A stretch of DNA of 43,788 nucleotides. Origin: a virus. The DNA lies in IMG/VR virus record IMGVR_UViG_3300045988_075868. The stretch is one strand, 5' to 3'. Made by a program: the position numbers and the translations under genes. The notes beneath the pieces are model-generated. The model was given only the letters and a program-made list of their open reading frames with translations. It was not told the origin of the DNA and made no database searches. Positions 16,890 through 25,735 of this stretch are shown here, in pieces; the stretch's first letter is position 1, and each line of letters starts with the position of its first letter.

Positions 16890-17246
16890 TCAAATTGCTT
16901 TGGCATCTTGCCATGCTTGATAAACTTTTGGCCCTTGAATTGCAAACCAATCTACCATTTCTTCGTTTTCTGCCCAACTTCCTTGTATTTCAACGCTGTT
17001 ACTGTTCAGTCCACTTTCATACAGGAATGCGTGTACGATTTCATGCCTAACTGTTTGTTTCTGCAATCTTTCGCAGTATGTAGTAGTTTCATGCTCATTT
17101 CCTCTATATGTGGTCATGTCACAATATACAATCTGCTTTTCCATAAAATCGCAGTATCCGCAGATAGATCTTCGTTCAAACTCCTCGTCTTCATCGTATT
17201 TCTTACTCATAATAGAATACTCAATGCCCAAAATATTAACTGTCAT
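16890..17246 (-). CDS. Small HExxH zinc-metalloprotease-like protein (SprT-like motif TVRHEIVHAF)
   Basis: HEIVH motif plus Cys pairs (CGYCD...YCD). Located between the minor head and scaffold genes. Confidence 0.5.
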   Translation of the reverse strand: MTVNILGIEYSIMSKKYDEDEEFERRSICGYCDFMEKQIVYCDMTTYRGNEHETTTYCERLQKQTVRHEIVHAFLYESGLNSNSVEIQGSWAENEEMVDWFAIQGPKVYQAWQDAKAI

Positions 17247-18412
17247 ACTCTCTCAACCGTCGGTCCTGTCATAGATCTTGTTCTTTCCGGCCTGGGCGTA
17301 AGCCCTGCCTGCTCACAAAACCGTTTGTACTCTGCGCTCAGTGCCGCTGATTTCTTCCGGGCCTGTGTAGCTCCCAGCTTGTCGCCTGTGGCTATCATGG
17401 CATCCCTCTCGTCCTTTGCATAGCGGATCGCAGTTTCCATCTGCCTTTGTCTCTGGCTGGCTTCGTATCGGCTCATTTTCTGGCCCTTATACTCAATCCT
17501 CTCTGTGGAACGTTTGTTGATATCCGCCAGCTCTTTTCGGCTATACACCGGCTTGGACACTCCCAAAACAATAGGAGTTGCAAAGTGTTGACAGTTGAGT
17601 GTCCCAATGGGCCGTTCTAGCCTCCGGTTCAGCCTCTCAAATTCCTCTTTGCTGTATTGCTTGCCCTGGATGTCCCTGTGGTCTGGGGCGCACAGTCCGT
17701 GGGCGGAGATCTCCACACCGTCGGCTCCAAACTCCCGTCCGGTCTCCTCCATCATTTGACTGTTGAGCCGCCGAACGCCCTCCAGGATATTCATGCGGGC
17801 GGAGGAATCCAGGCGGCGGGAGTATCCGCTTTCCCAGGTCACCCGGCGTAGGCCGCTTCGGGCCATCTCCTTGACTGTTGAGCGCATTGCGCTCTGATAA
17901 TCCACAACGCCGGTCTGCACATAGGTAATCGCCCGGTCAATAGCGGAAATGTAGTATTCCCGCAATGGGATGGTCTGCTTTCCACGCTTGAATCCAATCA
18001 TGTAGGTGTTGGAGATATTGGCTGTACCATCCATAGCCTGACGCTTTGCGGCGTCCACAAAGGAGGACAGTACCGACCTGGCGGCGTAGCTCTGGAGCGC
18101 ATCCATTTTCCTTGCTCTGTAATAGGTGTTGGCAAACTCCACATTCTCCTTTGCTACCTCTTCAAACAACCGCTCCACTTCCCGCTGATTCATCCCCATA
18201 ATACGGGCCATTTCTTTCTCAATGGCCTTGAGGTCCGCCCCAGCATATTCGATGGCTGTTTTCAGGCGGTGAGCGTCCGCCGCGCCGATATCTCCAATTT
18301 TACGGATTCGCTCACAGATACGTTGAACAACATAGTTGTTCAGGCTCTCCAGGTTTTCCACGATGTTGTCCGGCAAGCCCTCCAGCCAGGACTCATTCAT
18401 CAGTCGGCTCAT
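17243..18412 (-). CDS. Minor head (head morphogenesis) protein
   Basis: Position directly after the portal gene, with the size and helical N-terminus typical of gp7/minor-capsid-2-like proteins. Confidence 0.7.
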   Translation of the reverse strand: MSRLMNESWLEGLPDNIVENLESLNNYVVQRICERIRKIGDIGAADAHRLKTAIEYAGADLKAIEKEMARIMGMNQREVERLFEEVAKENVEFANTYYRARKMDALQSYAARSVLSSFVDAAKRQAMDGTANISNTYMIGFKRGKQTIPLREYYISAIDRAITYVQTGVVDYQSAMRSTVKEMARSGLRRVTWESGYSRRLDSSARMNILEGVRRLNSQMMEETGREFGADGVEISAHGLCAPDHRDIQGKQYSKEEFERLNRRLERPIGTLNCQHFATPIVLGVSKPVYSRKELADINKRSTERIEYKGQKMSRYEASQRQRQMETAIRYAKDERDAMIATGDKLGATQARKKSAALSAEYKRFCEQAGLTPRPERTRSMTGPTVERV

Positions 18413-19811
18413 TTATAATCGGCTGAATTGCCGCCTCCTGTATGTACTGGCTTCCGGCTTCTTCGGCAATCTCCTCCACACGGGCCTTTGCGGTCTCGTA
18501 GTCCTCGTCCATCATCCAGGCACGGACCTCTGCTTTATCTACAGCGCCGATCCCTTCAGCCACTGTCAACTGGTTGAAGTGCTCGTTTAACTGTTCGATA
18601 TAGGAGGCCGACCAGTCGTATTGCGTGTCCCAGTCCCCGATAGGGGCCAGGTCGTTGTAGTTGGCAATCACATCCACAGCCCGGAGCAAGTCATCTGTCC
18701 CCCGCTCCAGCGCCCGTCGAAACTTGGTAATGACAGCGAATGTGGAGTTGAGCGCCGCCCGCATTTCTGTTGCGGTGGCATATGATGTAGTGGGAGGTGT
18801 CAGTATTCCGGGAGACAGCCCGCACAAAAGCTCCACCATTTTGTTGTTGACCGTGATCCCGACCTCCAGGTCCGCCCCCCGTATCTCCGGGGAAAATTCC
18901 TGGATCATCTTGCCGGGGTTTGAATTGTCTCCCACACCACGCATCATCTGCAAGAAACGCCGTTTTTCCTGTGGTAGAACTACATTTCCGTTTTCATCCT
19001 TCACCAAAAGAGTCTTGTCGACAAAGATCATAGTCTCCTTGGCGCTGTACTCCCGATTGAAACGCTCATACGCCTCCACCGCCTTTGCCATAGGGCCGTC
19101 CACACCGGCTGTAATCTTCACGCCGTTTACGCCGTTCACGTCCGCCCGGTTGACCGCAGGAGACTTATAGCGACCAAACAGAGGGCGGTCCACATTTGGG
19201 ATGATCTGTTCCTCTGGGATGTCCTTCCAGGCTGGCACTTGGTCCAACCGAATCTCGTTCGCTCCCTTAAAGGCTACGTTACGGATGATAAGGGCGCTGG
19301 TTTCCTGCCCACTCTCAGTCTGTGCCTCCTTAACCATCTGAATCTCATATCGCTGATATAACCCGGACTCATTTTTGATTTCTCCGACCTTCAAAATACA
19401 GGACAGGATATCATTCCCGATGGACTCGCATACAGCGAAGTCTCCATTTTTCACGATATCTACGCCCAGGCGCTTGCCATCGGTATATGGCTTAACAATG
19501 CAATCCCCAGTTCCCAGAGCTACCTCAGCGGCCACATCCATTCTGTCTCCCAGGTAGTAGTCTAAAAAATTCTGAATAAATTTCGCTCTGGCACTATCCC
19601 CCTCGACTGTGATAGTGCTGTCCTGCATAGCCAGGGTCGCCACTTTGTTTGCCACAACCGCTGTTACGGAGATATTTGACATATCGCTGTAATCATCCCG
19701 GTATATTGGCTTATCTTGCAACTCCAGCCCGACCTTCTGGGCCAGATAAAGCAAAATGTTCTTCACAAATCCCGTAGGGTACACCCCCTCAATACATATA
19801 CTGCTTGACAA
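18393..19811 (-). CDS. Portal protein
   Basis: 472 aa, directly after terL. The start is uncertain: codon 19811 is TTG, and GTG alternatives lie a few codons downstream. Confidence 0.8.
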   Translation of the reverse strand: MSSSICIEGVYPTGFVKNILLYLAQKVGLELQDKPIYRDDYSDMSNISVTAVVANKVATLAMQDSTITVEGDSARAKFIQNFLDYYLGDRMDVAAEVALGTGDCIVKPYTDGKRLGVDIVKNGDFAVCESIGNDILSCILKVGEIKNESGLYQRYEIQMVKEAQTESGQETSALIIRNVAFKGANEIRLDQVPAWKDIPEEQIIPNVDRPLFGRYKSPAVNRADVNGVNGVKITAGVDGPMAKAVEAYERFNREYSAKETMIFVDKTLLVKDENGNVVLPQEKRRFLQMMRGVGDNSNPGKMIQEFSPEIRGADLEVGITVNNKMVELLCGLSPGILTPPTTSYATATEMRAALNSTFAVITKFRRALERGTDDLLRAVDVIANYNDLAPIGDWDTQYDWSASYIEQLNEHFNQLTVAEGIGAVDKAEVRAWMMDEDYETAKARVEEIAEEAGSQYIQEAAIQPIINEPTDE

Positions 19812-21048
19812 AGTGATTTATGGAGTACCGTAGCTCGTCCATAGCGTGATTGTATGCGTCTACTGGATTCCCGTGCTCGTCCACGCAGTACATACCGATC
19901 TCTTTCAAAAAATCTATGTGTCCATATGTTTCATCTTCCACTAGAAAGAAACATCCGTCCTGAATCATATTTTGTGTGTACTCTATCCCGACCTTGATTC
20001 CCTTGGTACTCCCGCGGATATCGTGTGCATTATTGTCCGCGTTTAGTGCGTCGATTCCATAAAGTTCCAGTTCCTTTCGTAACGCCTTACAGGCCGGGTC
20101 AATATACCATGCGTCTTCCCGCATATTCCAGCGGTTGCGGCAATATGGGGCAAATTTCCCGGCCAATTCACGGGCCTGTACGCTCATAGCCTTGTTCCCG
20201 CCGTCGTAGTACCAGTTTGCCACACGGTATAGCGCCATCCCCTTCTTTGTGCGGCAGACCAGGTTGCAGGACACGCTTGTGGCATCCGTCAGGCCGCCGT
20301 CTCCGGCAAAGTACATCTCAATAGGGCGGGCATCGTTCGGCAGCCGGGTCAGGATGTGCTTAGTCGGATCAAACATGGAGTAAATCACACCCTGGGGGAT
20401 ACACCGTTCTCCCAGCCAGTCCCGCTGATAGAGATATGGATTTCTCTCCAGCGTCTGGCGTAACTCTTCCTTTCGCTCCGGTGTGATAATCGGGTTGTCA
20501 TCCACCGTCCAATGTGTCCAGCGGGTGTCCTGCACATTGAACACATCTGTGATGACCGGGTGCATGGGTGCTGGCGGGTTCAGGTCGGCCAAATGCCAAC
20601 GGATATGGGCGGCATACGTCCGGCGGAAGCACTCCTGAATCATGTTCATGTGCAGGATGTCAATCTCGCAGAAGTACACCCCGCCCAAGGATAGGCCACG
20701 GATGGTCTTGTCGCTGTCCGCCTTGGCTCCGCCCTTGTAATAGATCTTCTTTACGCCGGAACAGGTTAGAGCCTCCAGGTGGTCCCCATGGTCATCATGC
20801 TTCAAGTTCGCTTGCCTTCCAAACAAGTGGATCAGGCCATTTCCATCACCATCCATGACCAACCGAAACGCCTGCTGCTGTGATGCGCCGACCACTAGGA
20901 AATTGCTGTCCTTGGAGGTGTTCAAGAAGTCATAGAACCGCAGGATGCAGGCCGTGGTCTTGCCGCTTCTGGGCGTTCCCTCCGCCACATCCAACGTCCG
21001 GTCAAATGGGCGATTCAGAAAATCTATTTGCTTTGCGGAAAGGCTCAT
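19789..21048 (-). CDS. terL: Terminase large subunit (PBSX-type)
   Basis: Walker A motif GTPRSGKTT, a C-terminal nuclease-like region, and a TAATG overlap with terS. Confidence 0.9.
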   Translation of the reverse strand: MSLSAKQIDFLNRPFDRTLDVAEGTPRSGKTTACILRFYDFLNTSKDSNFLVVGASQQQAFRLVMDGDGNGLIHLFGRQANLKHDDHGDHLEALTCSGVKKIYYKGGAKADSDKTIRGLSLGGVYFCEIDILHMNMIQECFRRTYAAHIRWHLADLNPPAPMHPVITDVFNVQDTRWTHWTVDDNPIITPERKEELRQTLERNPYLYQRDWLGERCIPQGVIYSMFDPTKHILTRLPNDARPIEMYFAGDGGLTDATSVSCNLVCRTKKGMALYRVANWYYDGGNKAMSVQARELAGKFAPYCRNRWNMREDAWYIDPACKALRKELELYGIDALNADNNAHDIRGSTKGIKVGIEYTQNMIQDGCFFLVEDETYGHIDFLKEIGMYCVDEHGNPVDAYNHAMDELRYSINHFVKQYMY

Positions 21049-21443
21049 TATTTCCTCGATTCATACATATCACGCAGTAACGGGTGAATCTCTTGCCTTT
21101 GCTCCGTATTCGCTGTAAATTTGTCAATCAGCGTTCCCAGTGCAGTGGTAATCTGCGCTGGACTGGCCTCCGCCAGCTTCTCTGGGTCGTTCAGGGCGGC
21201 CAGCCCTTTTCCGATAATCTCGCAGACAACTCCCTTTTGACTGTCCATATACGCCAGAATGTCGGCGGTGTTCTCGTCTTTTTTCTGATTGCACATTTCT
21301 GCAATATCTGCATTTCCTTGCACAATTTTCTTCACCGTGTTAAGAGAAACGCCATTTACTTTTGCTGTTGCGTTATAACTGCCCAACTGTACATAGTCAG
21401 CAATAATTTTCTTTTTCTGCTTATCCGTCAGCCGTGCAGCCAT
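21048..21443 (-). CDS. terS: Terminase small subunit
   Basis: N-terminal HTH-like MAARLTDKQKKKIIADYVQLGSYNATAKVNGVSLNTVKKIV, immediately upstream of terL. Confidence 0.65.
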   Translation of the reverse strand: MAARLTDKQKKKIIADYVQLGSYNATAKVNGVSLNTVKKIVQGNADIAEMCNQKKDENTADILAYMDSQKGVVCEIIGKGLAALNDPEKLAEASPAQITTALGTLIDKFTANTEQRQEIHPLLRDMYESRK

Positions 21444-21480
21444 AACACCACCTTCCTGTCATACAAATCCGCCCCCATCT

Positions 21481-22101
21481 CCCGCAACGAGGCACGGCAT
21501 ATATACCCCTTCTGGGGTATGTTGCGGGTTTGGTCAGGCTTTCCGGAGGCCTGCTCTGTAAGGACTTGCGTCCTGGTGCCACCGCCCGCCTCATACGGCG
21601 AGGAGCGGCATATGTGCGCTTCCCGCTTAATTGTCACACCCTTATGTGCGGCTGGTCATTCCGTCCTGGTACACATAAGGCAGTTTTCAGCGGGATAGCG
21701 CCGGGGCAGGTCATAGCTGCCGCCGCTTCCGCCTCCATGACAGGCGGGTGCCCTTTACCCTTCTCCGGTGCATAATTAGGCACTGTAAGCCCCCGGTATA
21801 GTGTCTTTCCACAGTCATAGGAACCTGCAAGATTTGAACTTGCGACCTCTACCCCTTTCGGTTAAGTGACGGATTCCGCCCCGTCCCAGGTTCCGCATGC
21901 CCCCGTCTTTCCGGGGTGTCAGCTCCTTGGCCTTTGGAGCAAGCTTCATTTAGTGCCCGCAAGGGGCAATGTTTCGCCGCATGGAGGGTGCGACCCTCCG
22001 GCCCGGATGTGCGGCGTATGTACCCCGGCAAGCGCCGGGGTTGAGGAGGAAATAGAAGAAGCGAATGGGAGCGCAGGGGCATACGCTCCCACACTCCCAT
22101 T
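21481..22101 (-). ncRNA. Candidate large structured non-coding RNA (possibly ROOL/GOLLD-like) or a highly structured late-operon leader
   Basis: No credible CDS across 733 bp. Many GC-rich nested helices are present (coordinates in the findings). An embedded tRNA-like element fixes the strand. Boundaries are approximate. Confidence 0.5.
21819..21894 (-). ncRNA. tRNA-like cloverleaf with an aberrant anticodon arm (probably non-decoding)
   Basis: Minus-strand features: acceptor GGAACCT/AGGTTCC (7 bp), D arm GACG-GGGCGGAATC-CGTC, T arm GCAAG-TTCAAAT-CTTGC. The anticodon region forms only an imperfect helix or a CC-GAAA-GG hairpin, has no U33, has an 8-nt variable region, and has no encoded CCA. 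Confidence 0.55.
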
Positions 22102-22124
22102 GTCGCATAGATGGCACTTTAATT

Positions 22125-22140
22125 TTCACAGATATGTGAA
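22125..22140. promoter_or_regulatory. Palindrome TTCACA-GATA-TGTGAA in the AT-rich stretch upstream of the structured region
   Basis: Perfect 6-bp inverted repeat seen in the sequence. A role as an operator for late transcription is inferred only. Confidence 0.3.
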
Positions 22141-22176
22141 TACAACAAAATTTTTCATGAGATGATTAAAGGTTTA

Positions 22177-22404
22177 CTATTTCTTTGGCGGCCTGTTTGG
22201 CCAGTCCGTCCTGCCTAATAAGTAGTCAATCGAAACATCGAAATAATCAGCCAACCCCTCCAGAGCCTTCCTTGATGGCTCAATTTCTCCCCGCTCTAAT
22301 CTTCCAATTGCATTTCTGTCCAGGTCGCAACACTCAGATAAAGCGCACATTTTCAGCCTATTTCTCTCCCTCAGCCTCCTCAGCCTCTCCGGGAACTCGT
22401 TCAA
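22177..22404 (-). CDS. XRE-family HTH protein
   Basis: TTG start 7 nt after GGAGGG. Sequence ERLRRLRERNRLKMCALSECCDLDRNAIGRLERGE is a typical HTH_3 pattern. Confidence 0.7.
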   Translation of the reverse strand: MNEFPERLRRLRERNRLKMCALSECCDLDRNAIGRLERGEIEPSRKALEGLADYFDVSIDYLLGRTDWPNRPPKK

Positions 22405-22407
22405 GGG

Positions 22408-22632
22408 CTATCCCTCCCTATGTCTTTTCTCCTGCCTGATCCAATACCGGATGGTGGAGGAGTCTATCCCCGTATCGTTGGCGATGGAATAGATGCTCTC
22501 TCCGTTCCTATTCCGCTCTACGATCTCCCGCTTGTATTCACGGCTGTACTTGCGGTGGGTCGTGCCGGCTCCCTCAAGGCAGTTAACACAGTCCAGAAGT
22601 GTGCAGTTAAGGCATTGCTCAATCTCACTCAT
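22408..22632 (-). CDS. Small HTH protein with an N-terminal Cys cluster
   Basis: CLNCTLLDCVNC followed by NGESIYSIANDTGIDSSTIRYWIRQ, which resembles a resolvase/IS3-type HTH. Confidence 0.6.
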   Translation of the reverse strand: MSEIEQCLNCTLLDCVNCLEGAGTTHRKYSREYKREIVERNRNGESIYSIANDTGIDSSTIRYWIRQEKRHREG

Positions 22633-22925
22633 TGATACCGCTCCTCCCTGGGGATATAGTACGGACCGACCACCATCCGCAGCCGCTCCTCGAATTTCGT
22701 TCTGGTGTACTCCATGTCCCTGGTGTCGCCCTCCACCATGTCGGCGGTCTCATTGACCACGGCGTTGAGGGCATCCATAAACCTCTTGCACCGCTCCGGC
22801 CCGAATCCGAACGCATTGTTGAGTGCGATCGCCGCGAAGTCGGCCATCTCCTGCCTAGTGACCCGGCGCGTCACCGCCAGCTCGATCCGGTGCCGCTGGT
22901 GGAGCCGGTCAAGCATCCCGCTCAT
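22629..22925 (-). CDS. Hypothetical protein
   Basis: Start moved to ATG 22925, 9 nt after GGAGGG. ATGA overlap downstream. Confidence 0.55.
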   Translation of the reverse strand: MSGMLDRLHQRHRIELAVTRRVTRQEMADFAAIALNNAFGFGPERCKRFMDALNAVVNETADMVEGDTRDMEYTRTKFEERLRMVVGPYYIPREERYQ

Positions 22926-23346
22926 GCTGTCCGCCCTCCCCGTCGTGGACGTTGCCGATGATCTCAATTCCGCCAGTTGAAAGATGCTTATTTACGCCCA
23001 TACTTTCAGCGCCATTCAGCCAAACGCAAAATCTATTCCACTCTGGGTCATAGCATACAGGGGCTTCTTTTTGTTCGCCCTTCCAGTTCGTCCAGCGGAT
23101 GATGTCTCCCTCAAAAATCTTCTTCCCGTTCTTGTCGGTCAGACCCGCGTACTGACAAACCGTGGAGGGGTCAACCTCAATTGGAACAATATCATCTCCC
23201 ATTTTAATTTCGCCAGTTCTTGCGTTCCTGCGCCTGTAAGCCTTGTTTTGAAGGATAAATGCTCCGCTGTATTCTCCCCAGTACGGGAATCCCTCCACCC
23301 ATGCTCCATCACTCAGCCGCTTGGCTTTGAAAAGGATTTCTCTCAT
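22909..23346 (-). CDS. YopX-family protein
   Basis: MREILFKAKR..., YAGLTDKNGKKIFEGDII and IEIIGNVHD are typical YopX motifs. Confidence 0.75.
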   Translation of the reverse strand: MREILFKAKRLSDGAWVEGFPYWGEYSGAFILQNKAYRRRNARTGEIKMGDDIVPIEVDPSTVCQYAGLTDKNGKKIFEGDIIRWTNWKGEQKEAPVCYDPEWNRFCVWLNGAESMGVNKHLSTGGIEIIGNVHDGEGGQHERDA

Positions 23347-24146
23347 TGGGCACCTCCGATGATCTCGTCAAGGGTGACGGCCATTTCATTTTTCAGGGAT
23401 GGAAAAGCATTTTTGCGGAGATAGATGATTTTCCCATCAACCTTCATCGTTACCATATCAGCAACTTTTCTTAATTCTGCGGGGCCAACTACTTCAAGAA
23501 GGTTCTTCGCCCTCTCCACCTCCTGCTGCGTCCAGCAGGGCTTGCGGATAATACGGTCGGGGTCGTTGATAAAATCAACAAGGCAAGGCATACCAGCAGG
23601 AATCCAACTTCCATATCCCTCTCCATTGTATTTAGGCATGGCATATTCTAACGCAATCCCACCACTTATCCTGTAAATCGCTATGTCATTTCCAGAAACA
23701 GTCCACTCTTCATCTGGTTCAACCCCCAGCACCTCACAAATTCTCGGCTTGTCCATGTTGGCCTCCTCCTTCGCATATGGCACCCAGCAAGTGCTCCTGT
23801 GGTGGCAATCCTCGTTTTCGTCCCAAGAGCAGCAGGGGCCGCCATGAGCACAGTCGCAGCACATACCCTCCACGGCGTTAGCCGTGTTGGCCTCCTCCTT
23901 TACAGGGGTACAATTTGTACCCTCATTTAATCCGTTACAATCTGAAACGGGTTCATCCTCCACCACCTCGTAGCCCATCAGGCGGGCGGCTTCGTGTGGA
24001 TGGGTTTTTCTGAAATGAACGCAACCATCGTTGGTAGGCGCTTTTTGATACATTGGACATTCCAGGCAGTTTCTACCTTTGCAAAATAGTCCGTGTGCTC
24101 TTTCACCAGGCACTACTTCCCCTGTCTTGGCGTTCCGAAACTTCAT
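23343..24146 (-). CDS. Hypothetical Cys-rich protein with an internal KEEAN duplication
   Basis: AGGAGG lies 6 nt before the ATG. No family recognised. Confidence 0.6.
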   Translation of the reverse strand: MKFRNAKTGEVVPGERAHGLFCKGRNCLECPMYQKAPTNDGCVHFRKTHPHEAARLMGYEVVEDEPVSDCNGLNEGTNCTPVKEEANTANAVEGMCCDCAHGGPCCSWDENEDCHHRSTCWVPYAKEEANMDKPRICEVLGVEPDEEWTVSGNDIAIYRISGGIALEYAMPKYNGEGYGSWIPAGMPCLVDFINDPDRIIRKPCWTQQEVERAKNLLEVVGPAELRKVADMVTMKVDGKIIYLRKNAFPSLKNEMAVTLDEIIGGAQ

Positions 24147-24200
24147 GGGCAGCCTCCTTGTCCCTTTCTATACAATGCCGGATGTATTCCTCTATCATTT

Positions 24201-24335
24201 TCATGTCCTCATGGTCCATCTCAATTTTCCCTTCCATCCACAGGAGGGGCAATAGAAGGTATCTCCACGGCCTCCGTTTCCGCAGATTCCGCCGCAGTTC
24301 GGGCACTCGGCATCAACGAACATCAGGTTACTCAT
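24201..24335 (-). CDS. Zinc-ribbon peptide (44 aa, CPNC...CPSC)
   Basis: ATG 24335 overlaps the GNAT stop by 8 nt. It is too short for the ORF track, and the competing frame 24103..24306 cannot be excluded. Confidence 0.35.
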   Translation of the reverse strand: MSNLMFVDAECPNCGGICGNGGRGDTFYCPSCGWKGKLRWTMRT

Positions 24336-24648
24336 GCTCAATCTCCTTCATCTGCATAAAAAAGTTTTCGTCATCTTCGTCAAAAATGCAAAAACCCAAT
24401 TTTCTGTATAAGGACAAAGCGGGAGTGTTCTCTTTATCAACTGATAACTTTTTCCCGCCAAGAAGAGCCGAAAATTGTAATAAATCTTTTCCCAAACCAT
24501 TTTTTCGATATGCAGGAGATACATATACCCCACATATCCACTTAACCCCTTTTTCTTGCTTGATTTCGACAGTAGCCACAAGTTCGTCCTTGTCGTACCA
24601 GAAAAACTGATTGTGATTATTGCAGAAATCAAAATCACCCAGCCTCAT
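24328..24648 (-). CDS. Small GNAT-family N-acetyltransferase
   Basis: Motif A VSPAYRKNGLGKDLL. Start moved to ATG 24648, preceded by AAGGGGGACGAGC. The segment is low-GC. Confidence 0.65.
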   Translation of the reverse strand: MRLGDFDFCNNHNQFFWYDKDELVATVEIKQEKGVKWICGVYVSPAYRKNGLGKDLLQFSALLGGKKLSVDKENTPALSLYRKLGFCIFDEDDENFFMQMKEIEHE

Positions 24649-25138
24649 GCTCGTCCCCCTTATCCATGCGGGCACCGTGTCTATGTACTTTCTCTGTAAG
24701 TGCTCTTTCGTGGCCCCAGCCACGCCTTGTGATGCGATCCCTTAAAGTGTGTGGGTTTATACCCAGTCTTTCACTCCAAACTGTAAGAGGGAGTGTTTCA
24801 TTCCCCATCGTCAGGAAAATTGTATTTTTCCTATTGTTAGTTTGTTCTTTTGGCGTTGCCCATCGGCAATTATCGGGGGAATACCCTTTTGTCCCGTCTA
24901 TTCTGTCAAGAGTAAGGCCGGGGCGATATCCACTTTCTTCTGCCCATTTTTTGAAGTTCCTTATATCATGCCATTCTTCACAAACCGCCACGCCACTTCC
25001 GCCATACTGAGGATAACTTTCAACCTTTTTGCAATAGCACCTATCCATCATACAACGATAATTCACGTACCACGGTTCGTAGTAATATCCGTGCTTGAAC
25101 CCCTTCTTGTTTTTGTAGTGTTCTTTTAACTCAGCCAT
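24635..25138 (-). CDS. HNH-type endonuclease with a C-terminal HTH-like region
   Basis: LTLDRIDGTKGYSPDNCRWATPKEQTNNRKN is a typical HNH_3 signature. Confidence 0.7.
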   Translation of the reverse strand: MAELKEHYKNKKGFKHGYYYEPWYVNYRCMMDRCYCKKVESYPQYGGSGVAVCEEWHDIRNFKKWAEESGYRPGLTLDRIDGTKGYSPDNCRWATPKEQTNNRKNTIFLTMGNETLPLTVWSERLGINPHTLRDRITRRGWGHERALTEKVHRHGARMDKGDEHEAG

Positions 25139-25346
25139 TCTTCATCCCCTCCAGCGCGGCCTCAGCCTCGGCACGGGTTAGGAAAACTGTTCTCCCCATA
25201 AATGCAAAATCGCTTTTTGTGCATTTCTTTCTGATACATAGCACATATCTGGTTGTTTCCTCTTTCGGCCTATACGCTCCGCACGGCCATGTCAACCCAG
25301 AGCCTGTCCGGCAGTCATCGTATTTTTTGCAGTTCTGGCAGTTCAT
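25131..25346 (-). CDS. Small Cys-rich hypothetical protein
   Basis: GGAGAGGAGG lies upstream of the ATG. Gene ends overlap on both sides. Confidence 0.55.
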   Translation of the reverse strand: MNCQNCKKYDDCRTGSGLTWPCGAYRPKEETTRYVLCIRKKCTKSDFAFMGRTVFLTRAEAEAALEGMKNG

Positions 25347-25732
25347 GTGTCCTCCTCTCCCTCCGGCGGGCGGCGGTAGACCGGACCAACCTGCTCATAC
25401 CAATCATGCGCAGAGCATTTTTCACCATCTGGGAACGTAAACAGTGGTACAAAAGGATTTTTGGTGACCAATACCCAACAGTTTATTTCTGGCGCAAAAG
25501 CCGCTTTTCCGTCCATCTCCAGCAGCTCCTCCAGCGTCAGCGGCTCGTTGCTGGGCTGGGGGAGGGTGGGCGCATACTCTACATACTCGATTTTCCCCTT
25601 ATTGACTGTTGGTGTCCACCTGTCGGCGTTTTCAAGACTGGTATAAATTCGGGGGCGTAGTTGACTATCTAAAATGGCTTTCCCATTTTGAAACGCTATA
25701 AAAATATGTTGCCCTTTTTCAAGATTCCGCAT
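25343..25732 (-). CDS. Hypothetical protein
   Basis: AAGGAG lies 10 nt before the ATG. Confidence 0.55.
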   Translation of the reverse strand: MRNLEKGQHIFIAFQNGKAILDSQLRPRIYTSLENADRWTPTVNKGKIEYVEYAPTLPQPSNEPLTLEELLEMDGKAAFAPEINCWVLVTKNPFVPLFTFPDGEKCSAHDWYEQVGPVYRRPPEGEEDT

Positions 25733-25735
25733 CGT

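Noticed and set aside
21428-22165. Four ORFs of 69-99 aa (21428..21637, 21530..21775, 21849..22100, 21866..22165)
   Set aside because: They overlap each other on both strands, are Arg/Gly/Pro/Cys-rich and lack an SD. The open frames are better explained by GC-rich RNA helices, so the region is treated as non-coding.
24103-24306. 67-aa minus-strand ORF
   Set aside because: It overlaps the start of 23343..24146 by 44 nt and competes with the zinc-ribbon frame 24201..24335. It is left uncalled because neither can be confirmed by eye.
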